Origin: Ramazzottius varieornatus
Lineage: Eukaryota; Animalia; Tardigrada
Reading direction: 5' to 3'
Length of the DNA stretch: 64,000 bases
NCBI GenBank assembly: GCA_001949185.1
Contig: BDGG01000020.1
Coordinates: forward strand, 1-64,000
The first letter of the stretch is position 1. Each line of letters starts with the position of its first letter. Made by a program: the position numbers and the translations under genes. Shown here piece after piece: positions 1 to 11,500 of this stretch. The notes below the pieces were generated by a model that was not told where the DNA came from, ran no database searches, and worked only from the letters and a program-made list of their open reading frames with translations.

Positions 1-952
1 GCACCTTTGTCACATCCCAGAACCACAACAACAGTCGTGTGCTGGATCGGAAGGAGAGGCTGGCTGTCAAGATCATGGTTACAACAACGACCATAATTGG
101 CCTAGTGACGGCCAGTGTACCCTTCATGTTTACCGACGAAATGGAAATCAAACCACCCTATGGATTTTGCGGGCCGAACACGCACCAATATGCGAAAGGA
201 ATCCAGATCGTTAAGATGGTATACGAGAAACTAGACGGTGACGAATAAACTCATGAAAATCGACTTGCCAGGTGGCGCACTCTCCTGGCCAACAACAACG
301 TGAACATGCGCCACTCAAGACAACAATCTGGCTGAACTCGTTTGCCAACTTCCCAGAAACTGCATTCAGTTAAAGCTACTACATGTATATGATTATCATT
401 TCTTGCAGGTCATATGGGTTTTCGTTCCATCTCTGATCACCCTGGCAAGCTACCTGAAAATATACACCGGCTTAAAGAGACGGCGCGATGCTTTCTACGA
501 GTCTACGTCTACTCCCAGTCCGCAAGACGAACGAAGACTTACGGCCTCTTACAGTGCCTCTTTACACTGTTCGGGAAGCGAGGCGGTGCTCGCGTTCGAC
601 GTGTCAACCACCAACCGAAACTACCACCGAGCAGGAAGTCGTTTGAAGAGGTTGTCCAGAAAGATGCTGGCTATGCTCCTAACCAAGCTGACAGCTCACA
701 TGCCCATTGCGCTGTTTTACTTGCTGACCACCAGAGAAAACCGAGATCCGGCATTGAACTTGGTGGTGCTCTCTCTGAATTTCGCTTCAACGTTGTTCCA
801 CCCGGTAAGAAGACGCACATACTACGCTGCGTTGTACCACGGTCTGCCTTTACATGATTCTGTGATTACAGATTGTATACGGGATGATCAATTCTCAAAT
901 GACAGAGCCTTACCGCAACATCATCGGGATGTTTTACAGACGCCGACGATAG
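1..952 (+). CDS. Rhodopsin-like (class A) GPCR, 3' part (TM4-TM7), spliced; 5' end outside window
   Basis: Hydrophobic helices IMVTTTTIIGLVTASVPF, VIWVFVPSLITLASYLKIY (TM5 P...Y pattern) and KMLAMLLTKLTAHMPIALFY. After intron 804-871 the frame gives HP|IVYG (NPxxY variant) and stops at TAG 950-952. Another intron at ~219-408. Confidence 0.75.
240..346. repeat. Intronic palindromic element copy
   Basis: GTGGCGCA 272-279 / TGCGCCAC 307-314, 27-nt spacer, in GPCR intron. Confidence 0.85.
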
Positions 953-971
953 CGCTTCTGCAACTGTCAGA

Positions 972-1468
972 TATGGGCGGCGGATGCAGTCACCGTAAAA
1001 AGTAGCTATCGAAACTGGTCTATTTGCCCCAACATACAAACATAGAAATCCGAGAGGCGTGGTCAAATAATGCAGGGTAACTCGCTGACCAGATGACGTC
1101 AACACCAATTTTTCTATTTGTGTATGTCGGAAGCAAATAGAAAACGTCTTTTTCAGAGTAGGCCAAATTTGAGCCTACATGTTCGAAGTCGCACAAGGAG
1201 GTGCAAAAACATGTAGGTTGTAGTTTTGATAGTTAACGGAACTAATAGGTTGTTTTTCTGGTACCTACACAAACTGATAGCTTGTTGTTTCGATAGCTAC
1301 TGAAACTGATAGCTTGTTGAATTGACAGCTACACAGACCGATAGCTAGTGGTTTTGATAGCTATCGAAACACACGACCTACGTGTTTTGAAAGCTATCAA
1401 AACATGTAGTGATTGTAGCTACCAGTTTCGATAGCTACTCTTTACGGTGACCGCATCCGCCGCTCATA
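972..1468. mobile_element. Non-autonomous DNA transposon with ~48-bp TIRs and apparent 6-bp TSD
   Basis: TIR TATGRGCGGCGGATGCRGTCACCGTAAARAGTAGCTATCGAAACTGGT at both ends (3 mismatches). GTCAGA flanks both sides (966-971, 1469-1474). Internal GATAGCT repeats. Confidence 0.85.
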
Positions 1469-1513
1469 GTCAGACGTTCAGAGGAATGTCTTGCGCTAAA
1501 GAATGGTAGAGTA

Positions 1514-1720
1514 CTGTATTACCTCTAAGGTTTCGCGCAGTCACGGGACACATCAGAGAATTGCACCCGGGGCCTCATATCACTGATTGTTTGAGTGTGG
1601 CACATTGCTGCGCTTAATTGGCCGGGAATTTTTGATTGATGGCAGTGAAGTTTTTTATCCCCGCGACGCAATATTTACTGGTCTGTCACGTGACTGCGCG
1701 AAACCTTAGAGGTAATACAG
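1514..1720. mobile_element. MITE derived from the neighbouring pogo/Tc2-like element
   Basis: TIR CTGTATTACCTCTAAGGTTTCGCGCAGTCACG, TA on both sides; ends and subterminal sequence resemble 2622-3687. Confidence 0.9.
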
Positions 1721-2621
1721 TACATAACAAAATGACCTTCGGAAACAATCCTGGTTTTCTCACCCATGCGCAACCAATCAAAATCGCAGTTAATCTGACT
1801 CAGTCATATAGGGCGCCAATATTTGGCCGAATGTTCCGATTTAGGCTAGAAACAGACAACAACGCTCAGAGCGTCGCCGCCAATCGTCCAACACGAAGAA
1901 CTTCCGTGTAAGACTTTACAGACCGATCATATCGCCACTCTGACATAGTATGTAAATCAGTGAAAGCAGCGTCCAGAACCTCGATGCAGTAGTCCGAAGA
2001 CGGCACGCGGAGTCGGTAAGGTTGCTACTGGCTGTTAGGTCGGCCGCTATTGCACCTGCCGCGGTGGTGGTATCGTCTCCACCTCCGCCCCCGCCGGCGC
2101 TCGGGATCACAGGCGTCTTCTTCGCTGGGTTATTAGCAGAATAGCCTGGGGAATCTTTGATTGGTGGTTTGAGGTCCTGTTGACCCACTGTGTTGCCCTT
2201 TGTGTCCTTCGTGACTTCCACATAATAGTTACAGTTGTCCCAGAAGCAAGGGCAACTATACAGGCTCACGTCATAAGTATGGTTTCGGCACGTCGTTGAC
2301 ATGTCCCCGCCTGGTGCGATTTTTTAGCAACTGCGGTAGCCGTGACTGTCGCTGGGCTTATCAAGGTAGCCCACCGTCCCCTGGCAAACATTATATTCGG
2401 GGGGACAGTTGATGGAAAATGGTGCCAACTCGCTGGTATCAGCATACTTATGGCACGTACGCTGGTGAACATTGTTTGCGTAAAGGCTGTCGAGTCCATC
2501 TCCCTCGTGACCGCCGTTGTTATCGCAAAAAAAGCAACGGATAGCTGCAGAATGTACACTGTACCAGAATAACATTACAATGTCTGAAGAGAACACCGCA
2601 GTACAATCACCCGAATGGTTA

Positions 2622-3687
2622 CTGTATTCCCTCTAAGGTTCTGCGCAGTACGTCATCACGTGAATGAATTATACCCCGCAAAAAATTTACGGTACATCAG
2701 ACTGATTGTTTGATTGTTGTCCATCAGATTGTCGCTTATTGCTCATTGTTTGCTGAATTTTTAACCGGAAGCACATTGCTGAGCTCCTTGCCGCAATGAG
2801 CTCTAAAACTCATAGTACTTAGTCAGACTGCAGAACCGTATAAGAAGACGCTTTCTCCGAAAGGTGCGAAAGAAGTTCGAGTTGTCCAGCCTTCAGGAGA
2901 TCCCGAATGCCTCACGGTGTGTCTCACAATTTGCGCCGACGGCTCAAAATTCCCCGCTTCCATTGTGTTCAAAGGCAACAAGAAGACCGGAAAGCTGTCG
3001 CCAAGAATCCTGAACAAGTTGGTGTTGCCCGAGAACGTGCGCATTTTCAACACCCATTCGAGGTGGTGGAATTCGGCTTTTGATCAGTTTTGGATCAGCG
3101 AAACATTCGACGAAAGACACGATGGTTGAACCCTGATCCGCGATCGTGCGCCAGCTCATGAGAGTTTCGAAAGTCAGCTTCTACTGGAAAATCTGGGTTT
3201 TGAACAGGTGTTCATTCCCGCTGGACTCACTGGTACCTATCAACCTCATGACGTAGGTGTTAACTTTCCCTTTAGATCGTACTTGCGGCGATCTTACCAT
3301 GTCTGGAGGGATGATCTCACCGCTGTTACCAAGAGTGGGTACTTGAAGAAGCCGAACCGCCAAGACTTCAGCCATTTTGTTTCGGAAGCTTGGGACAAAA
3401 TCAAGGTTTCTACGGTAGAAAATTCTCTTGTTGGAGCTAATATTATGCCAGAGCCTTTGCACATGTTAGCTGGACAGGGAGAGATTATGGATAGTCCTGA
3501 GGATTTGGAGGCCTCTTTCGAGTGTAGTTTCAGCTCGGTGGAAGATTCATTCACAGAAGAATAAAGCGTAACTGTATGGAAATTGATTGACGAGCCTTTG
3601 ATTGACGATCTAGTAGTTTTTCTATACCCGGCAGGTGATATTTACGGGCCTGTCAAGTGACTGCGCAGAACCTTAGAAGGAATACAG
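2622..3687 (+). mobile_element. Internally deleted pogo/Tc2-like (DDE_1) transposon with transposase pseudogene fragment
   Basis: TIRs CTGTATTCCYTCTAAGGTTCTGCGCAGT with TA flanks. Internal frame 2917-3564: CLTICADGSKFPASIVFKG, (TGA 3127-3129), LIRDRAPAH, FIPAGLTGTYQPHDVGVNFPF, EAWDKI, which are DDE_1 motifs. Confidence 0.9.
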
Positions 3688-3731
3688 TACCTTGTGAAAC
3701 TAGGCACAAGTACGTACTCCACTTCGATCTA

Positions 3732-4468
3732 CATCCTGTCCGCACCAACTTGCTACCACCTGGCATTTCGATCCAAACAAATTCAGATTTCTGCTTTGCC
3801 ATTCATCCTTCCACACATCCCATACAAGTTTTCAAGCTGGTTCGATTGAGCCATGGTTCGTTCAGATGTGCCGCCAGACTGCGTGGAAAAGTTGACCAGT
3901 ATGACTTCCGGTGGGGAAGACATACCACAGGAGATGAAATGCAGTCTACAGAATTCCCTGTTCGAGTTTTCGTTCTTAGTCTGAAGTAAACAGGCAAACA
4001 GTTACCTTAGTTGTCGGAAAGAATCGAGAAAGAACGGAAAAAGTTCCAGCTAAATTGGCAAACGAATTAAACCCGGCGAATTCGGCCGTTGCCGGGAAAA
4101 CTCGTTTCGTGCAAAATTGCTAGCTCTTTTCGAGGACGGCAGATTTATCGCTCCAACCACTTCTCCTGTAGCTCGATCCCTGATCGAATTATTTTCAACA
4201 ACAGTATCACGGGACTTTAACGGAAAAATGCAAAAACAATATTCGAAAACAGTCCCAAAAGCTACAAAAGTTGGTGCATTTTTCAATCTTTACCTCCCCG
4301 TTTTTAATGTCGCTCCCAACTTTCTGTGAGAAAATTTTTGGCCAACTATTTTTGAGAAAGTAGCTAGAAGGTTGTTGTACCAGGCAAAATCAGTTTGGAA
4401 GTGGAACATTAATCCAGACGAGACAGGTTAGGCTTTATGAGTGGTAGCAAGTTGGTGCGGACAGGCTG
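3732..4468. mobile_element. Tc1/mariner-type non-autonomous element
   Basis: 28-bp TIR CA(G/T)CCTGTCCGCACCAACTTGCTACCAC, TA at 3730-3731 and 4469-4470. Confidence 0.85.
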
Positions 4469-4879
4469 TATAACCTACCGTGAACTTGAAACCTTGCTGA
4501 TCATGAAGTCGAGAGTAAAACAAATACCAGAGTACAACGGTGCAGATCTGACCAGCACGGCTTCGGAAACAACATCCTTTACGGCTTAGTATCACAGGAA
4601 CACGCTTTAATTCCAAACTTCCAGTTATACAAATAAATCAGAGTATAAGTTACACTCGTACGGTGCTTTGATATACATCAATTATCTGGAGGTTGATATG
4701 GTTTTCGAATTCTCGTGCACGATTAGCCCTGGTACTGTAACCGAATGCTCTATGTACTGTTGCCATGAATTCTGTTAGCGAACAAGGCATGTCGATACAT
4801 GTTCTCGAATTCTGCAACCAGCATGAGATAGGTCGCACTCGAACACATACCCGGCTTTTGACGATTGACGAATTCCAGT

Positions 4880-5665
4880 GTCTCAGTTTACAGGGCAACG
4901 TTTGAATCTGGGATTTTAGTGTAACCAGCTACCACTGATCCTTTGGTCCTGCCAAAAGACTGTGATGCGTCAGTTTAATTAGCTTGGTTCGGCACGTAAG
5001 TATGATTCCGGCACGTGGTCGACATGTCCCCGCCTGGTGCGATCGTGTAACAACCACGATAGGCGTGATATGCATCGGGCTTATGAACATAACCAACAGT
5101 AGCCTGGCAAGCGTTGTATTTGGCAGGACAATCAACGCTAAATGGTCGCAGTTCCTTCGTATCGGCGTACCTATGGCAAGCCGTTTGATTCACGAAATTC
5201 AAAATATTTGGCACCAGCTCGGCAGCACCATCTTCGTCCGCGTGACCCTTCTTGTTATCGCACACGAAGCATTTGATAGCTACAAAGTTAAGCATATCGC
5301 ACATTCTGTAATACCTAGAACACTGAAAAAAGGACACGTACAACGAGAGATTACGGGACAGCGAAAATTATGGGACAGGCGGGGAAGACAGCAAAATAGC
5401 AATTCAGCCGTAGGGAAGGGTCGGAATATGTACTCGTGTTAAATCAGTCGCGTACGTACGTGCTTTCGTGCCGAAAGCGAAAAGGCCTGCCCCATAATTT
5501 TTACTGTCTCATATGTAATTTCTCGTCGCACGTGTACTTGGAGCACGATTCGGGTCGGTTACAACGGCGTTCCTTACCATCAACCTGAAACTCTTCGGGA
5601 CTTCGTACAAATGTCGCCAGAGCAAGATAGTAGAAATTTATCCAGCAAGACGATGAGTAGAGCAT
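4880..5665 (-). pseudogene. Second Ly6/Quiver-like paralogue, C-terminally disrupted
   Basis: Signal exon 5665-5578 (MLYSSSCWINFYYLALATFV...FQVDG|gt). Exon 2 AIKCFVCDN...HAYRGCYTIAPGGDMSTTCRNHTY is clearly homologous to the 1916-2544 exon but stops at 4975; only a degraded CP..W/D..N remnant near 4880-4900. Confidence 0.6.
5334..5535. mobile_element. MITE-like inverted repeat in intron
   Basis: ACACGTACAACGAGAGATTAC..GACAG..AAAATTATGGG vs CCCATAATTTT..CTGTC..GTAATTTCTCGTCGCACGTGT. Confidence 0.65.
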
Positions 5666-6258
5666 GTTGACCGCTCAAATACACAGAGAGATACCTATAT
5701 GAATATTCCAGGCTTCAAATCCCGAGCAGTACGGTCTTAGGGAGCCTTCTTGTCACCTATGTGCCATGGTTGCCAAGAACCGTTGTTACTTCGTAGACTT
5801 GACTTCTGACGAAATAACATACCGATACAAAGCCTCACAACTATTGATACAAGTTTCTTTCCGGAAGAAAAATCAACTTACACAGAACAAAGGCTCTTAC
5901 ATTTTCCATTACTGTAAAATCCACGGTTCAGGATCACCAGCTCACAAACTTTTCATCATCAGAGTGTGCCGACAACGACCGGTACAGCGTGTCCGACAGG
6001 AGCCGCGACCAGGAACTTAAGTATCGTGGCATGGCGTGACAGGCACCAGTTTTTGCGGAGCCATTATCGCCCCGTTATCATATGCACTGATGGCCACGGT
6101 TCTGTTGACGACATCAGCGGCCTCATCTGTCCACTCACCCTCCATCCTCAGTTGAGGTTTCTGCCCAGTGCCTCCACCACCGTTTGCTCCACTGGTGGCG
6201 TTAGCTCCTGCACAATTAAGAATTTCGTCGTACGAGCGGGAAAATTGCATGCTTCGGC

Positions 6259-6602
6259 CAGAGCTGTTAATGGTTTGAACCATATGGTTTGGTTTGGTTT
6301 GGTTTGGTTTGGTTTAAGTGCTGGTTTGCATGCCGGACCGGTTAAATGAAAGTGGTTTCTACCACAAACCACCAACACTGGTTTGGTCTAAATTTTAAAC
6401 CAAACCATATAAACCGCCGGTTTGAACCGGTTTGCGAACAGCTTTTCGATCACCAGTACATAGTAAATTGTGCCAGTTTTCTTCACTTGAATAAACGACC
6501 AAAATATTCACCGAGGACAAGAAACTGAGCCACAGTTGCTGGTTCCTCTACGAACACACGCAAACGGGCAAAACTGGCGCGTGCCGGAATTGTAAAGGCA
6601 CC
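6259..6602 (+). mobile_element. Truncated copy of the hAT-type element at 54539-56840
   Basis: Starts CAGAGCTGTT, has GGTTT subterminal repeats, and is colinear with 54539-54733 plus 56243-56390 without the nested insertions. Confidence 0.8.
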
Positions 6603-6603
6603 T

Positions 6604-7203
6604 TGTATATAAGGCTTGGCGAAGCTAAAATAAGCCGTTTTAGCCGTTGTTAGCCGTTCTTAGCCGTGGTTATGGGGGTTATGGGGTCGACGGCAATCTC
6701 CAAATGAATGCTCAGAATCCCAGAGGAATGCTTAGCACGCGGTGAAAAGGGATTCACGTTGGTTGAGCATTTCTCAGGGATCTATTCCTGCAGGAGTTTC
6801 AGCATTTGAAAAGGTTTGATTAGTGGCCTGTCGAGAGGAGGACTAATGTTCCGGTTCAAGTGTAAAGTGATTGTAAACAAAAGCTTTACTCAGAGTCCCG
6901 CGCTCAGAGCCGGGTGTCCTTTTGTTCCGATTGGGGCAGTCGGGGTGGAACTCACCCGTAGAAGGGTGCCGCAAGCCCGCAGACCCGCTTTGGGAAGACA
7001 CAAGTGTTACGTAAGACTCGGCAAACCGAATGGATCAGAGCCGCGCTCATTGCTTTCCCTTGATAGGGAGTCCATTCGACGCCTTTGATCTTATCTTACC
7101 TAAGTTCCGTTGCACGAGTACCGCACTTTTGAGTTTCGTCTCTTTAAGTTTACAGAAGATTCCAATTGAGCTGGAATCTTCTCTAGTAATCAATACGATT
7201 ACA
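6604..7203. other. Possible LTR-like segment containing a structured GC-rich region
   Basis: Starts TGTA exactly where the hAT homology stops and ends TACA; no TSD found; multibranch pairing at 6909-7078. Confidence 0.3.
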
Positions 7204-7225
7204 TTCGTCCATCATGAGGTTCGAA

Positions 7226-8030
7226 CAGTGTTGTTCCGATTATTGTAATTCGGAATTGAAAATGGCCGAATTTGAAGGTTTTGGAATTCCGATATAACAA
7301 TACAAATTACAAATTCTGGGTTGGTCATTTCGATATTAATCGGAATTGAATCGGAATTACAAGAACGAAAAGATATTTTAATGTACGATTGAAATCCAAG
7401 ATGTTGGTAATTCGAATAATAACTGACACCAAAGAAGCACGCAAAATGCACGTGGATGTATCACTTTCTCGCCTTGTGAGGCACCGTCAGTGCTTGATTG
7501 AGTGACTAATGGTGCGCTGGTGCACGTACACAGCAAAATCACAACGCGTACAAAGTGCTTCGCGAAGCTGCAGTTCGTCTTTGTATGACGTATACGTGAC
7601 CGGCACCCGGTGGGTCTCGCTTGGTTTCTGTTTCTTCAGTGGGGTCCAGATTCAGTGCCAGATTCAGTGCCTATGCGACGCACTGTGGCTCCTTCATGGA
7701 GCATAACAGTGCGTATTGACGACAGCGATCCGTACTGGATACCTTGAGAGCGAGGTATTCTCCGCGAAATGCCAGAGGGTCAATCCACACGCTTACCCAT
7801 CCGACGCGTGGAACCGAACAGAAATGCCAATTTTATGAAAACTCAAATTACAGAACACCATCCCAATAATTGGAATAATTTCAATTGTTGTCGAAACTTG
7901 AATTTGAATTAATCTTAATTGATGATCCAGCCAGGACGAGGTACCTGCAATTCAAACTGCTGCTACGCGAGGGATTCCGATTAATCGTAATTGCAATTGA
8001 AACTGAAAAAGTCATATCGGAACAACACTG
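7226..8030. mobile_element. hAT-like non-autonomous element
   Basis: 15-bp perfect TIR CAGTGTTGTTCCGAT / ATCGGAACAACACTG; AATT-rich subterminal repeats; no TSD recognised. Confidence 0.6.
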
Positions 8031-8558
8031 GAAGGGGCAGCGTTGGGTCAATATAGAATACAGATCAGATGTATCCTTCCGTAGTTCCGGCCAGAACAAC
8101 ACAAGACTGCGTCAACTTTTCGGTCACGAGCTTCAGATGGTTTCACGCCTCGCAGTTGAACCTTCGACCTGGAAGGCGGACTGTTGCCAGAAATTGTTCT
8201 ATTTTTGGTCCACTCTTCGTTCGGTAATTCGGTTCACTTTTACTTCGACAAACACATAAAACAAAAAGGATGGATTTTCAGTAAGGGTAAGATCAAATAT
8301 CGAAGATAAATTCGGTACAAAAAGTGACCTTTGGTTTCCGATAAAGGCAATGCGCAAAACGCGCGGTTTAGTCTACCCCATGAACAGTAAATCAAGAGAC
8401 GGTTGTGGGACACCAACGTCCGCTAAACGCCCAAAACTGTTTTGTGAGAAGAGACTGCGCTCGGGCTTTTCGGAAGTCAGAACCGACTAAGGAACAAAAT
8501 TCAAGAAAAGGCAAGAAAAGAAGAAGAAAAACAACAACAACGAGAAATTTAGACACTG

Positions 8559-11500
8559 CTAGAAATCGTCTTCGTAGTCCTTCTTTCGAGCGTACAGTAT
8601 ACACATGGCTATCAGCATTGCCAGAATGATCAAGCCTAAGGTCACCGATATCCACGTGGCCACCATGTAATGTCTTCGTTCAATCTCGATGGGAGATTCG
8701 GTAGGCCACGGCGCCATCGTAGTCGGGAAGAAGCTCCTCGGCAAGTAGTCTGTCCAGTAACCAGACTCCCTGGCGCCGTACGAATCGTACATGTAGGAAG
8801 TGTTGGTGGTGTTGATCGCCAAGTATCTGCATACAAAATACTTCGTGACTAACTGGTACCTGGCAAATGGACTTCACAAGATTATCCTTCCAGCTGGCGC
8901 ATGAGTTCGGTCAAGCACACTGAAAATGTGCGCCAGTTGGAAAAATAATCTTACAACAGTATGCCCGATGGTCGAGGTCGTTTTCTCAAGTGACGCACTT
9001 TGCCACCCAATACCAACGGAACCATGCGCCTAGGTAAGAGAGCAAACTGCAAAATTCGCCACGATCGTTCTTAGGCACGCTCTTGGCCAATCACACTGAA
9101 AACGTGCGCCACTTGGGTGAACAATCGTTGAGTTTATTCGCCGAACCTCCGGATGAAATACATGTTAGACGTCTCGAGGTCTTACCGGTCTCGAGCGAGA
9201 GTGTAGGGCTCCCAGCTGGTATTCATCACACGAACGGGCGTAGGGTTACCGTATTTGGCAAAGTTACCCCACATCTGCATGAGATAGTCGCTCATGTTCC
9301 GATCACCTTGACCGAAGTCTTGGTGGGGTTCCATGAACTTCCGATAGTAGGTCTCAGGAAGGATGGTGGTTTCACACCGGTTGAGGTTGTATGGGTCGCG
9401 AACTTGGCAGGCTAGTTTGAGGTAGGGAAAACCGAAGACGAAGTAGAGATCTTCCATATGAGGAACAAAACCTCTCGCTAGAAAAACATTACGCCAATTT
9501 GCAATACTTCAACAGAAGAAATGGCAGTACGGCAATGAACTCCAGAAGATCGTTTTCTGAAATAGTGCACGCTTCCAGCTTGACAAGGTTGTTTTCCCAG
9601 GTGGCGCACTCTCTAAGCGATAACACCGACCATGTGGAAAAACGATCTCGAGGAAATTGCTTTTCCGAGCTTCCAAGTTGTGGCAATGATAAAAAAACAT
9701 TGGATGGACATACTGAAATCTTTGCTGAGCGGATCACGAGACGCTTCTCGCGAGTAATTCAGGACATACTGGTAGATTGGAGCTTCTTGCCTCGCTCGGA
9801 AGTTCATGGCTCTGTAGGCCGGAGATTTGTAGTAGATATCAGAGTACATCTACAACGGAAATCCCATTCTTGTAGCACGACAACACCAGGAAAATGTAGC
9901 GGACAGACTTACGTTCACAAACATTTTGCGCCTCATGGTCACGTTTCCCTGAAAGCGAGTAGAAAAGTCAGTTGACTGAAAGAATATGGACAAAAACAAA
10001 ATGAAGACTTACTGGGTTGGGCCAGTAGGTGTACATGAAGCGGACAGATTCAGCCACGGCTTCATAGTTAACCGTGTAGTTCTCCGTCTTGAGAAGGCTG
10101 GCAATGGCATCATCCATGATGTGCTGAGTGATCAGAAAATCGTGGGTCTTCTGGGCTTCCTTGTTGCTAGCTATGAAGTAAAACGGGCAATCAATCTAAG
10201 GTCACATAGGACGGCAAAGGAAATACCAATATCATTCTCCTAAGTGGCGCACGCTCTCAGCTAATACGATGAGAGCATGCGCCATGTTAGATGTGGAATT
10301 CTAACTATGTGTGAAAAGATCTGTCCACGTCCCAGATGGTCGACGCTTGGCACTTGAATGGACTTACTGAGAAAGCCGTAGCCGTCATCTTCAGCGACAC
10401 CACTCAAGAACGGTACCGCCCGATCAACTTCCCCGAGTTCGAACATCCTCTTCGGAGCCTTGTTTAGAAACTTCCAATGAGGTTCCAGAATACCTCGATA
10501 CGGAGGAATGTCAACGACAGGCGCCCACCCGAACAGCCCAATATCTGGCTACGAAGGAAGAAATCTGAGTACTCGGTTGAGATCTCATTGTGGAAAATCA
10601 ATTCTTACTTTGAATTCGTAGCCGGCATCAGCGAGTTCCAGGAAGTCTTTGGCCCGGAAACAGTCCATCAAGTCCTTCGACGTGAACTGTCGGCAACCCA
10701 CAAGCTCCCCAAACTTCTTCGTGTTGTTCCAAGCGTGTTCCCAGTGTGTGATGACGGCCCATGGAGCCAGCTCCGAACCACTTTGCTGTATTCCTTGGTG
10801 GAAATTAAACTTGGACCTATGAACAACAGGAGTGACGCTACAGTTGCAGACTGCTTTCCCGAGCGGCGCAAAATCTCAGTGTAATTATCTGCAAGTGTGC
10901 GTCACTTGTAAAACAGATCTTGTCGGGTGCTGTGCTGTCCGCCTAGATTGACTATGGAAGCTACGCCAAAGCTCTTTCTTCGTGTTATGGTTGATCACTT
11001 GCTCTTGTACGTACCGTGAGGACATGGAATGAAGTCCGACCGCAGCAGCTCCCGCGCTCTGACCGAATAACGTTATCCTGTTCGGGTCGCCACTGAATGC
11101 GGCAATGTTCTTCTTGACCCACTCAATGGCCATTGCTTGATCCAACATGCCGTAGTTTCCAGGACTGTGAATGTCGCCGGTGGACAGGAAGCCCAACGGA
11201 CCAAGGCGGTAGTTGAACGTGACGACGACTACGCTTTGGGAAGCCGCCAGCATGTGGCCTGGAGTGAGTTGACTGGCACCCCAATGGTAACCTCCGCCGT
11301 GGATGAAAACCATCACTGGATACGTCGGGTTGCCAGTAATCTATATCCAAACCCCGAAAATAGTTTACCCGAACGGCGGAAGCAATTTCGAATCCCGGCA
11401 AACAAAACGTGCAAGCTAGCTCTCCATGTGGCGCACCTTGAGCCAACCTCAATGTAACAGAGCGCCACTCGAAACGATGATCCCGTACGGAGAAACTCAC

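Larger units (their letters stand above)
1916..4575 (-). pseudogene. Ly6/uPAR (Quiver/Sleepless-like) GPI-anchored protein, pseudogene copy
   Basis: Exon 1 4575-4479 (ends FQVHG|gt) has in-frame TGA at 4501-4503. Exon 2 2544-1916 reads AIRCFFCDN...CPCFWDNCN plus a hydrophobic C-terminus, with in-frame TAA at 2324-2326 (Tyr in the paralogue). Two transposons in intron 1. Confidence 0.65.

Noticed and set aside
3127-3129. In-frame TGA in the pogo fragment (and TGA 4501-4503 in the Ly6 copy) as further Sec codons
   Set aside because: Not at conserved Cys positions, no SECIS seen, and other lesions indicate pseudogenes
6628-6690. TTAGCCGT and GGTTATGG repeats as telomeric or telomerase-template sequence
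   Set aside because: The unit is TTAGCC, not the nematode TTAGGC, and there are only about four degenerate copies
8071-8078. GTATCCTT U12-type donor motif (also at ~23568)
   Set aside because: One is intergenic and the other lies within a MITE TIR; neither is at an exon boundary
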